Positions 42,401 through 53,380 of a DNA stretch of 64,000 nt are shown piece by piece. Position 1 is the stretch's first letter, and the number at the start of each line of letters is the position of its first letter. This DNA is from Eledone cirrhosa (Eukaryota): NCBI GenBank assembly GCA_964016885.1, contig OZ024742.1:245892001-245956000 (forward strand), written 5' to 3'. The translations under genes and the position numbers were made by a program. The notes beneath the pieces were generated by a model. The model did not search any database. It saw only the letters and a program-made list of their open reading frames with translations, and was not told the DNA's origin.

Positions 42401-45400
42401 CAGAATATTGTTAGTTCTTCAGAATATTGTTAGTTATCAGAATATTTTCAGTTCTTCAGAATATTGTTAGTTCTTCAGAATATTGTTAGTTATCAGAATA
42501 TTGTTAGTGCTGCAGAATATTGTTAATTATCAGCATATTGTTATTTCTTAATATTATTGTCAGTTCTTCGGAGTATTGTTAGTTCTTCAGAATATGGTTA
42601 GTTATCAGAATATTGTTAGTTCTGCAGAATATTGTCAGTTATCACAATATCATTAGTTCTTCAGAATATTGTTATTTATCAGAATATTGTTAGTTCTTAA
42701 GATTATTGTCAGTTCTTCAGAATATTGTTAGATTTCAGAATATTGTTAGTTCTTCAGAATATTATTGTTAATTCTTCAGAATGAGTTAATTCTTCAGAAT
42801 ATTGTTAGATTTCAGAATATTGTTAGTTCTTCAGAATATTATTGTTAATTCTTCAGAATGAGTTAATTCTTCAGAATATTGTTAGTTATCAGAATATTGT
42901 TAGTTATCAGAATATTGTTAGTTCTTCAGAATATTGTTATTTCTTAGAATATTGTTAGTTCTTTATAATATCGTTAGTTCTTCAGAATATTGTTAGTTCT
43001 TAAGAATATTGTTAGTTCTTTAGAATATTGTTAGTTCTTAATATTATTGTCAGTTCTTCAGAATATTGTTATTTCTTCAGAATATTGTTAGTTATAAGAA
43101 TATTGTTAGTTCTTTATATTATTGTCAGTTCTTCAGAACATTGTTATTTCTTCAGAATATTGTTAGTTATAAGAATATTGTTAGTTCTTCAGAATATTGT
43201 TAGTTATCGGAGAATTGTTAGTTATCAGAATATTGCTAGTTCTTCAGAATATTGTTAATTCTTCGAAATATTGTTAGTTATCTGATTATTGTTAGTTCAT
43301 TAGAATATTGTTAGTTATCAGAATATTGTTAGATTTTCAGAATATTGTTACTTATCAGAATATTATTAGTTATCAATATTGTTAGTTTTTCAGAATATTA
43401 TTAGTTTTTCAGAATATTGTTAGTTTTTCAGAATATTGTTAGTTCTTCAGAATATTGTTAGTTATCAGAATATTGTCAGTTATTCAGAATATTGTTACTT
43501 ATCAAAATATTGTTAGTTATCAGAACATTGTTAGTTCTTCAGAATATTGTCAGTTCTTCAGAACATTGTTAGTTCTTCAGAATATTGTTAGTTCTTCAGA
43601 ATATTGTTAGTTCTTCAGAATATTGTTAGTTATCAAAATATCGTTAGTTCTTCAGAATATTGTGAGTTTTTCAGAATATTGTTAGTTCTTCAGAATATTA
43701 TCAGTTCTTCAGAATATTGTTAGTTCTTCAAAATATTGTTAGTTATCAGAATATTGTTAGTTCTTCAGAATATTGTTAGTTCTTCAGAATATTATTAGTT
43801 ATCAGAATATTGTTAGTTGTCAGAATATTGTTAGTTCTGCAGAATATTGTTAGTTCTTCAGAATATTGTTAGTTATCATAATATTGTTGTTTTCAGAATA
43901 GTGTTAGTTCTTCAGAATATTGTTAGTTATCAGAACATTGTTATTTATCAGAATATTGTTAGTTATCAGAGAATTGTTAGTTCTTCTGAATATTGTTAAT
44001 TATCAGAATATTGTTAGTTCTTAATATTATTGTCAGTTCTTCAGAATATTGTTATTTCTTCAGAATATTGTTAGTTATCAGAATATTGTTAGTTCTGCAG
44101 AATATTGTTAATTATCAGAATATTGTTAGTTCTTCAGAATATTGTCAGTTATTCAGAATATTGTTAGTTCTTTGAATATTGTTTCTTATCAGAATATTGT
44201 TAGTTATCAGAACATTGTTAGTTCTTCAGAATATTGTTAGTTATCAGAATATTGTTTCCCCTTCAGAATGTTATTAGTTCTTCAGAATATTGTTAGTTAT
44301 CAGAATATTGTTAGTTCGTTAGAATATTGTTAGTTCTTCAGAACATTGTTAGTTTTTCAGAATATTTTCAGTTCTTTAGAATATTGTTAGTTCTTCAGAA
44401 TATTGTTAGTTCTTCAGAATATTGTTAGTTCTTCAGAATATTGTTAGTTCTTCAGAATATTGTTAGTTACCAGAATATTGTTAGTTCTTCAGAATATTGT
44501 TAGTTATCAGAACATTGTTAGTTCTTCAGAATATTGTCAGTTCTTCAGAACATTGTTAGTTATTCAGAATATTGTTAGTTCTTCAGAATATTGTTAGTTT
44601 TTCAGAATATTGTTAGTTCTTCAGAATATTGTTAGTTACCAGAAAATTGTTAGGTCTTTAGAATATTGTTAGTTTTTCAGAATATTGTTAGTTCTTCAGA
44701 ATATTGTCAGTTATTCAGAATATTGTTAGTTCTTCAAAATATTGTTATTTATCAGAATATTGTTATTTCTTCAGAATATTGTTAGTTATCAGAATATTGT
44801 TAGTTCTTCAGAATATTGTTAGTTATCAGAATATTGTTAGTTCTTCAGAATATTGTCAGTTCTTCAGAATATTGTCAGTTATTCAGAATATTGTTAGTTC
44901 TTCAGAATATTGTTTCTTATCAGAATATTGTTAGTTATCAGAACATTGTTAGTTCTTCAGAATATTGTTTCATCTTCAGAATATTGTTAGTTCTTCAGAA
45001 TATTGTTAGTTCTTCAGAATATTGTTAGTTCTTCAGAATATTGTTAGTTATCAGAATATTGTTAGTTCTTCAGAATATTATTAGTTCTTCAGAATATTGT
45101 TAGTTATCAGAATATTGTTAGTTCTTCAGAATATTGTTAGTTCTTCAGAATATTGTTAGTTCTTCAGAATATTGTTAGTTATCAGAATATTTTCAGTTCT
45201 TCAGAATATTGTTAGTTCTTCAGAATATTGTTAGTTATCAGAATATTGTTAGTGCTGCAGAATATTGTTAATTATCAGCATATTGTTATTTCTTAATATT
45301 ATTGTCAGTTCTTCGGAGTATTGTTAGTTCTTCAGAATATGGTTAGTTATCAGAATATTGTTAGTTCTGCAGAATATTGTCAGTTATCACAATATCATTA

Positions 45401-48400
45401 GTTCTTCAGAATATTGTTATTTATCAGAATATTGTTAGTTCTTAAGATTATTGTCAGTTCTTCAGAATATTGTTAGATTTCAGAATATTGTTAGTTCTTC
45501 AGAATATTATTGTTAATTCTTCAGAATGAGTTAATTCTTCAGAATATTGTTAGATTTCAGAATATTGTTAGTTCTTCAGAATATTATTGTTAATTCTTCA
45601 GAATGAGTTAATTCTTCAGAATATTGTTAGTTATCAGAATATTGTTAGTTATCAGAATATTGTTAGTTCTTCAGAATATTGTTATTTCTTAGAATATTGT
45701 TAGTTCTTTATAATATCGTTAGTTCTTCAGAATATTGTTAGTTCTTAAGAATATTGTTAGTTCTTTAGAATATTGTTAGTTCTTAATATTATTGTCAGTT
45801 CTTCAGAATATTGTTATTTCTTCAGAATATTGTTAGTTATAAGAATATTGTTAGTTCTTTATATTATTGTCAGTTCTTCAGAACATTGTTATTTCTTCAG
45901 AATATTGTTAGTTATAAGAATATTGTTAGTTCTTCAGAATATTGTTAGTTATCGGAGAATTGTTAGTTATCAGAATATTGCTAGTTCTTCAGAATATTGT
46001 TAATTCTTCGAAATATTGTTAGTTATCTGATTATTGTTAGTTCATTAGAATATTGTTAGTTATCAGAATATTGTTAGATTTTCAGAATATTGTTACTTAT
46101 CAGAATATTATTAGTTATCAATATTGTTAGTTTTTCAGAATATTATTAGTTTTTCAGAATATTGTTAGTTTTTCAGAATATTGTTAGTTCTTCAGAATAT
46201 TGTCAGTTATTCAGAATATTGTTACTTATCAAAATATTGTTAGTTATCAGAACATTGTTAGTTCTTCAGAATATTGTCAGTTCTTCAGAACATTGTTAGT
46301 TCTTCAGAATATTGTTAGTTCTTCAGAATATTGTTAGTTCTTCAGAATATTGTTAGTTATCAAAATATCGTTAGTTCTTCAGAATATTGTGAGTTTTTCA
46401 GAATATTGTTAGTTCTTCAGAATATTGTCAGTTATTCAGAATATTGTTAGTTCTTCAAAATATTGTTAGTTATCAGAATATTGTTAGTTCTTCAGAATAT
46501 TGTTAGTTCTTCAGAATATTATTAGTTATCAGAATATTGTTAGTTGTCAGAATATTGTTAGTTCTGCAGAATATTGTTAGTTCTTCAGAATATTGTTAGT
46601 TATCATAATATTGTTGTTTTCAGAATAGTGTTAGTTCTTCAGAATATTGTTAGTTATCAGAACGTTGTTATTTATCAGAATATTGTTAGTTATCAGAGAA
46701 TTGTTAGTTCTTCTGAATATTGTTAATTATCAGAATATTGTTAGTTCTTCAGAATATTGTCAGTTATTCAGAATATTGTTAGTTCTTCAGAATATTGTTT
46801 CTTATCAGAATATTGTTAGTTATCAGAACATTGTTAGTTTTTCAGAATATTGTTAGTTATCAGAATATTGTTTCTCCTTCAGAATGTTATTAGTTCTTCA
46901 GAATATTGTTAGTTATCAGAATATTGTTAGTTCGTTCGAATATTGTTAGTTCTTCAGAAAATTGTTAGTTTTTCCGAATATTGTTAATTTTTCAGAATAT
47001 TGTTAGTTCTTCAGAATATTGTTAGTTACCAGAATATTGTTAGTTCTTCAGAATATTGTTAGTTATCAGAACATTGTTAGTTCTTCAGAATATTGTCAGT
47101 TCTTCAGAACATTGTTAGTTCTTCAGAATATTGTTAGTTCTTCAGAATATTGTTAGTTCTTCAGAATATTGTTAGTTTTTCAGAATATTGTTAGTTCTTC
47201 AGAATATTGTTAGTTACCAGAAAATTGTTAGGTCTTTAGAATATTGTTAGTTTTTCAGAATATTGTTAGTTCTTCAGAATATTGTCAGTTATTTAGAATA
47301 TTGTTAGTTCTTCAAAATATTGTCATTTATCAGAATATTGTTATTTCTTCAGAATATTGTTAGTTATCAGAATATTGTTAGTTCTTAAGATTATTGTCAG
47401 TTCTTCAGAATATTGTTAGTTCTTCAGAATATTATTAGTTATCAGAATATTGTTAGTTCTTCAGAATATTGTTAGTTCTTCAGAATATTGTTAGTTATCA
47501 GAATATTGTTAGTTCTTAATATTATTGTCAGTTCTTCAGAATATTGTTATCTCTTCAGAATATTGTTAGTTATCAGAATATTGTTAGTTCTTCAGAATAT
47601 TGTTAGTTATCAGAGAATTGTTAGTTCTTCTGAATATTGTTTGTTATTCAGAATATTGTTAGTTCTTCAGAATATTGTTTCTTATCAGAATATTGTTAGT
47701 CATCAGAACATTGTTAGTTCTTCAGAATATTGTTTCTTCTTCAGAATATTGTTAGTTCTTCAGAATATTGTTAGTTATCAGAATATTGTTTCTTCTTCAG
47801 AATATTGTTAGTTCTTCAGAATATTGTTAGTTATCAGAATATTGTTAGTTCGTTAGAATATTGTTAGTTCTTAAGAATATTGTTAGTTCTTTAGAATATT
47901 GTTAGTTATCAGAATATTGTTAGTTCGTTAGAATATTGTTAGTTCTTCAGAATATTGTTAGTTATCAGAATATTGTCAGTTATCAGAATATTGTTAATTC
48001 TTCAGAATATTGTTAATTCTTCAGAATATTGTTAGTTCTTCAGAATATTGTTAGTTTTTCAGAATATTGTTAGTTTTTCAGAATATTGTTAGTTTTTCAG
48101 AATATTGTCAGTTCTTCAGAATATTGTTAGTTTTTCAGAATATTGTTAGTTTTTCAGAATATTGTCAGTTCTTTAGAATATTGTTAGTTCTTCAGAATTT
48201 TGTTAGTTCTGCAGAATATTGTTAGTTATCAGAATATTTTCAGTTATCAGAATATTGTTAATTCTTCAGAATATTGTTAGTTCTTCAGAATATCGTTAGT
48301 TTTTCAGAATATTGTCAGTTCTTTAGAACATCGTTAGTTCTGCAGAATATCGTTAGTTATCAGAATATTGTTAATTCTTCAGAATATTGTTAGTTCTTCA

Positions 48401-48993
48401 GAATATTGTTAGTTTTTCAGAATATTGTTAGTTCTTCTGAATATTGTTAGTTATCAGAATATTGTCAGTTATTCAGAATATTGTCAGTTATTCAGAGTAT
48501 TGTTAGTTATCAAAATATTGTCAGTTCTTCAGAACATTGTTAGTTCTTCAGAATATTGTTAGTTCTGCAGAATATTGTTAGTTATCAGAATATTGTTAGT
48601 TATCAGAATATTGTTAGTTATCAGAATATTGTTAGTTCTTCAGAATATTGTTAGTTATCAGAATATTGTTAGTTATCAGAATATTGTTAGTTCTGCAGAA
48701 TATTGTTAGTTCTGCAGAATATTGTTATTTCTTCAGAGTATTGTTAGTTCTTCAGAATATTGTTAGTTCTTCAGAATATTGTTAGTTCTTCAGAATATTG
48801 TTAGTTCTTCAGAATATTGTTAGTTATCAGAATATTGTTATTTCTTCAGAATATTGTTAGTTCTTCAGAATATTGTTAGTTATCAGAATATTGTTATTTC
48901 TTCAGAATATTGTTAGTTCTTCAGAATATTGTTAGTTCTTCAGAATATTGTTAATTATCTGAATATTGCTAGTTCTTCAGAATATCATAGTTA
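9431..48993. repeat. ~39.5-kb intronic satellite of 19/18-bp monomers (roughly 2,100 copies by length) with higher-order repeats
   Basis: Head-to-tail GAATATTGTTAGTTCTTCA / GAATATTGTTAGTTATCA and variants, all in one orientation. Identical ORF-track translations recur at offsets 1326, 2411, 2745, 5023/5042 and 9000. Confidence 0.99.
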
Positions 48994-48994
48994 A

Positions 48995-49296
48995 TTTATA
49001 TTATAATAAGCGCTGTCTGTCTGTCCCTACGTCCGTCACGCTCACTTTATTGAGGGAGGAGGAGCGCCAAGTGAGAGATATGTACATAGAGAAAGAGAGA
49101 GAAGTGAATGCCGTGTGACAGAATTAGGTAGATAGACAGAAAGTTATGACGTCGCCCTCATCTATATATAGAGAAGGGGAGCAACAAGTGAAAGAGATGT
49201 ACATAAATAGAGAGAGAAAAGGAACATCATTGGTTTAGAGTGAGTGTGTGTATGTGTGTGTGACAGAAATAGGGAGAAGACGTTGCTCTCATCTAG
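48995..49296 (+). mobile_element. Probable non-autonomous Helitron at the satellite's right edge
   Basis: Starts A|TTTATATTATAATAAG...CTGTCTGTCTGTCC (Helitron-like 5' end, with T in place of the canonical C). Ends with a weak hairpin GAGAAGACGTTGCTCTC followed by CTAG|T. Confidence 0.5.
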
Positions 49297-49304
49297 TAAT
49301 AAGC

Positions 49305-49506
49305 GTTTCTTATTTAGGCACAAGACCAAAAATTTGGGGGAAGGGAAAGTCAAAATAAATCGACGCCAGTGTATTACTGGTGCTTTATTTATCGATCCTA
49401 TAAGGATAAAAGGCAAAGTTAACCAAGGTGGAATTTGAACTCGGTACATAAAGTGCTGTAACTCTATGCCACAAAGCATGGTGCCGGCGCTCTACTGCAC
49501 AGCTCC
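49305..49506 (-). mobile_element. tRNA-SINE family A copy
   Basis: TTTATCGATCCTATAAGGATAAAAGGCAAAGTTAACC...ATTTGAACTC is the reverse complement of the family A core plus box B. Confidence 0.8.
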
Positions 49507-50255
49507 AATATTACAGACATGTGGTTAGAATGTTAAAGGAAAGAATTGCTGCACCAATTTTATAGGCAAAGCCAACTGGCAGGTGATCAGAGGTAGATCA
49601 CAGAAGTAAATATAGTTGTTAATTTGCCCCATACTGAAATATCTTTTAAGATTTCTTACAGGCTACATTAACTCATTAGTGATAGGATGATAGCAACTTG
49701 ATATATGCATAGTTTCATGGTTTTATATCTAGATTATACAATTACTAACAGGACTCATGGAAATCTCACGGACAAAAAAATGAAGAGCAGCTATTTAAGA
49801 GACGTCCGTCTAGCTATATATTATCTCTTCTCTCATGTTGTCTTAGTCTAACTCGCTCTAACACGATGTCTTTGTTCTCCATTCATTTCCTCACATCTCT
49901 GTACACATACATAGACACAATTCATTACAATTGTGTGTGTGTATGTGCATATGTATACATTTATATGTATGAGTATATAAATATAAACACACATACTTAC
50001 ACAAAACACATTCACACATACAAATATACTCACACAAAACAAACACATACATACACTTACACAAGTGTAGCTAATCTTGGAACGCTCATTGCTATAGCAT
50101 TTCACCAGCCCTTTCCTTCCTCAATCATTACATAGATCATAGATGTGTGTGTATTTAATAATTATTTTGTATAATGTGTCTATTTATGAATATGTATGAG
50201 CAGATATGTGTGCTTGCACTTCTGTTGTCTGTGTATTATGTATTTACATGTAGAT

Positions 50256-51055
50256 AGGTGCTCTCAAAAGGGTGCACACTGCAGCCGCCGCTGTTGGTCT
50301 ACGAATCAATGCCGCCAAGTCGAAAGTCATGACGTCACTGGTCTCGCCTGATGCCTGGCAGCCAATATCTCTCGAGGGCATGGATCTGGAGGATGTGGAG
50401 TCCTTCGTTTACCTAGGCTCAACAGTGGTTCCAATGGGACAGGGCGTAGCCAAGGTCAAGCGTCGCATAGGTGCTACCAGATCTGCCTTTGGGCGCCTCC
50501 AACAGTGTCTGTGGGACAGAAGAGAGATCACCTCGGTGACCAAAGCGCGAATCTACCAGGCCGTCGTTCGCACTATCCTCCTCTATGGCTGTGAAACATG
50601 GCCTATGAGGGTAGTCGATCAACGGGAGCTGGAGGTCTTCGACAATGACTGTCTCCGCCGCCGACGCGTTGATCGAGTACCTACCACCAGTCCTCGTCTT
50701 CGCCTGAATCTTCGACCCCTTCAGTGCTTCTGCAACAGCACTTGAGATGGTTTGGTTACGCAGCCCAGCGCCCTGAGAGTGAGCTGATCTGCGATGTTCT
50801 CCTCCCACATTCACTCCTTAACTGGAGCAAACGCGTTGGCGGGCAGCTGAAGACCTGGGCAATGACGATCAAGGAGGACCTCTCAGGTCCACAGGTGGTC
50901 GGCCTGCGCTGATGGAACCGTGACTGGCTCGCTATCTTCAGTGACCTAGCCTGGGACCGTCGTGTGGGGGCTGCCATCGTTCGGGATGCCGTTAGGACAA
51001 GGGAAGAAGCCAGCTCAACCTGTCCAGGGTGAATGTCGACACAAGTACAAGTAAG
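50256..51055 (+). mobile_element. 5'-truncated GC-rich RTE-like LINE with 12-bp TSD
   Basis: Translations GLRINAAKSKVM...VESFVYLGS...IYQAVVRTILLYGCETW...LRWFGYAAQR; tail ACAAGTACAAGTAAG; TSD TTACATGTAGAT at 50244-50255 and 51056-51067. Confidence 0.93.
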
Positions 51056-51474
51056 TTACATGTAGATGTGTGTGTGTATGTAACTAAAGCATAACCTACA
51101 TTACAAATGGACAAAACACACCAATAATTATATTATGATTATGTTCTCTGCAATTAATGAGCATTCTATGTTCTTCATGCTTCATTTCTTCCAAACAACA
51201 CCATCCTATTTTGGAAGTACCATTGTGGTAGGTCTCTAAGCTATGGTTTGTCAACCTTTTTCCTACTGAAAAACCCTTCGTTCAGAAGAATCGACCAATC
51301 ACTGGAATTCTTCATTGTTGTTATTGTTGTGTTGTCCCGTTCTTCAGTTTTTTTGTTTTGCACCCATTTCTGTATTGTCCTGTTTTCTTTATGATTCCTT
51401 GTTAAGAAATTACAAATAAATAAATCTTAATAATGAAATAATAAGGAAAGAATTAAACCACATTGTTTTGTTTT

Positions 51475-51535
<61 letters not shown>

Positions 51536-51540
<5 letters not shown>

Positions 51541-51724
51541 GAAATAGAGGCTTTCGCCGGATTTTTTGAATAAAGAAATTTTAGCCTGATTGTGGGGTTT
51601 AAAACCCTCTAAAAATGGAAAAGGATGATTATTAACGTACATGTATGTCAATACTGATTAAACCCCACTATCAAGCTAAAATTTCTTTACTCAAAATATA
51701 CGTTGAAAACTTCTATTTCTACTA
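51536..51724. mobile_element. Fold-back MITE with ~67-bp imperfect terminal inverted repeats
   Basis: TAGTAGAAATAGAGGCTTTC...AAAGAAATTTTAGCCTGATTGTGGGGTTTAA (51536-51602) is the near reverse complement of 51658-51724. Confidence 0.8.
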
Positions 51725-51769
51725 AATTCCAAACTTTGCTCTCTGTTCCAAATCAAACTTACTTGATAT

Positions 51770-51930
51770 GTCTAAGGCGGGTAAAATTCCCGAGATCCAT
51801 GGACGAGTTCTCTCCAGCGGTCTCTGTCCCTCATTATCGCTGCCATGTCCTGCATCTCCAACAGACCAGTGTCTGTCCTTAGGGCATCAACATACGTTAA
51901 CCTTGGTCTTCCTCTTCTAGTGTGTCCATG
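51770..51930 (-). mobile_element. Short RTE 3' fragment flanked by an 11-bp direct repeat
   Basis: The minus frame reads HGHTRRGRPRLTYVDALRTDTGLLEMQDMAAIMRDRDRWRELV; TTACTTGATAT at 51759-51769 and 51931-51941. Confidence 0.8.
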
Positions 51931-52094
51931 TTACTTGATATATATATATATATATAAGTAGTTCCACAACAGTTAGTTCACCATACCAAGAACAATTGTT
52001 TCACCTTATTCAGATCATCAGCTCGGTCTAGACCCATGGACTGAGTGCTCTACTACTATGAATATAACCCACCAGTGTTCTACTATTATATATA

Positions 52095-52131
52095 CTAGCA
52101 GAAAACCACCCGAAGGGTGGTTTTCTGCTAG
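52095..52131. other. Perfect 17-bp DNA hairpin with GAA loop
   Basis: CTAGCAGAAAACCACCC-GAA-GGGTGGTTTTCTGCTAG. Confidence 0.9.
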
Positions 52132-52492
52132 CATGTGTAGTGTGTATATTGATATTATATGCAAGTATATATACATGTAGATATGATATGTCAAAATCGT
52201 AATTGATAATATACACAGAAATTGAAGGAAGATTGTGTTACACTGTCTTATGTAATCAGTAACGTAATCCATGATACATTAAAAAAAGATGATATTATAT
52301 ATAAACTGCATTAGGAGAAAATTAGTGACAGAAAATTAATATGTTTATTTAAGCGATCTCCACCGGAAGTGTTGACATTTGACAATTTTAAAGAAGTGAA
52401 TCTTGAAATAAATAATAAAATATATTTAATGAACAGCCACGAAATTTAGTAGATAAATTATGTAATATTCATTAATTACTTATTCAAAGTAA

Positions 52493-52654
52493 GGCAGTGA
52501 ATTGGCAGTACCGGTAGAGGGTTGGACACCATGCTTTCTAGCATAGTTACGTCCCTTTACGGTCTGAGCTTTCATCCTTATGGAGTCGATAAAATAAAGT
52601 ACCAGTAATGTACTGGGTAATTGCTGGCCTTGTGCCAAAAGTAGAAACAATTAT
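52493..52654 (+). mobile_element. tRNA-SINE family A copy lacking box B, with 13-bp TSD
   Basis: TTATTCAAAGTAA at 52480-52492 and 52655-52667; the internal sequence matches the 58298 copy except for a deletion spanning GTTCAAATCC. Confidence 0.85.
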
Positions 52655-52846
52655 TTATTCAAAGTAATCCAACTTATTTTACTAATGGGATAAAAAATTA
52701 TAAACCATACGCAATCCCACGCTTCTTACTTTATTATAGTTTAGATATATATATATATATATAGAGGGGGGGGGGGGAGTAAAACATCCCTGATACTAAC
52801 TTCTTTTTTCTTTTCTCTCTAATTTCTTGTCAATGTATATTTGCAG

Positions 52847-52939
52847 GGTAAAGGTATGATGAAGACATATTGGTTGAAAGGAGAGAAGGTCACAGAAAAA
52901 CAACCAGATCCCAATTGTCTAACAGAAGTGTCTGAGTGA
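52847..52939 (+). CDS. Receptor guanylyl cyclase, probable last coding exon
   Basis: Pyrimidine tract plus ttgcAG|GGT AAA GGT ATG...; GKGMMKTYWLKGEKVTEKQPDPNCLTEVSE* completes the conserved VK|GKG.M.TYWL motif in phase 0; TGA at 52937-52939. Confidence 0.93.
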   Translation, partial: GKGMMKTYWLKGEKVTEKQPDPNCLTEVSE

Positions 52940-52947
52940 AAACTGGT

Positions 52948-53380
52948 GAGATAGAGAGAGAGGGGAGTTAGAGAGAAGGAAATAGGAGAGAAAAAGAGAG
53001 AGAGAGAGTTGGGGGAGATAAAAAGAGAGAAAAAAGGAGAGGGAGATAGAGAGAAAAAGAGAGGGGGAGATAGAAAGAGAGAAAAAGAAAGAGGTAGATA
53101 GAAACAAAGAGTGGAGGAGATAGTAAGAGAGAAAAGAGAAAGAGTTGGAAAGGGAGTTAGAGAGAGTTGGAGAGATAGAAAGAGAGAATAAGAGAGAGGA
53201 AGATAGAAAAATAGAATAAGAGAGAGGAGATAGTAAGACAGAAAAGGAGCTGGGGAGATAGAAAGAGAGAATAAGATAAAGGGAGAAAGAGAGAAAAAGA
53301 GAGGAGGAGATAGAAAAAGGGAAGGAGATAGAAAGAGAGAGATGAAAAAATGAATATAGAGTGAGATACAAGAAAGAGCA
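52948..53380. repeat. (GA)-rich polypurine tract immediately after the stop codon
   Basis: ~430 nt that are almost entirely A/G. Confidence 0.9.

Noticed and set aside
9612-47811. Many short ORFs (LQNIVSSSEYC...) as a repetitive protein or gene family
   Set aside because: They are translations of the 19-bp unit cycling through frames, broken by TAG wherever the GTTAG variant falls in frame; starts are non-ATG.
9431-48993. CRISPR-like array
   Set aside because: Monomers are directly adjacent with no unique spacers, there are no cas genes, and the context is a eukaryotic intron.
9431-48993. Telomeric repeat array
   Set aside because: Monomers contain TTAG but not tandem TTAGGG or TTAGG.
52885-52952. 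Further coding exons via donors at GAGAAG|GTCACA or AACTG|GTGAGA
   Set aside because: The first is a weak donor and the second lies after the stop codon. No downstream coding exon was recognised, though this cannot be excluded without RNA data.
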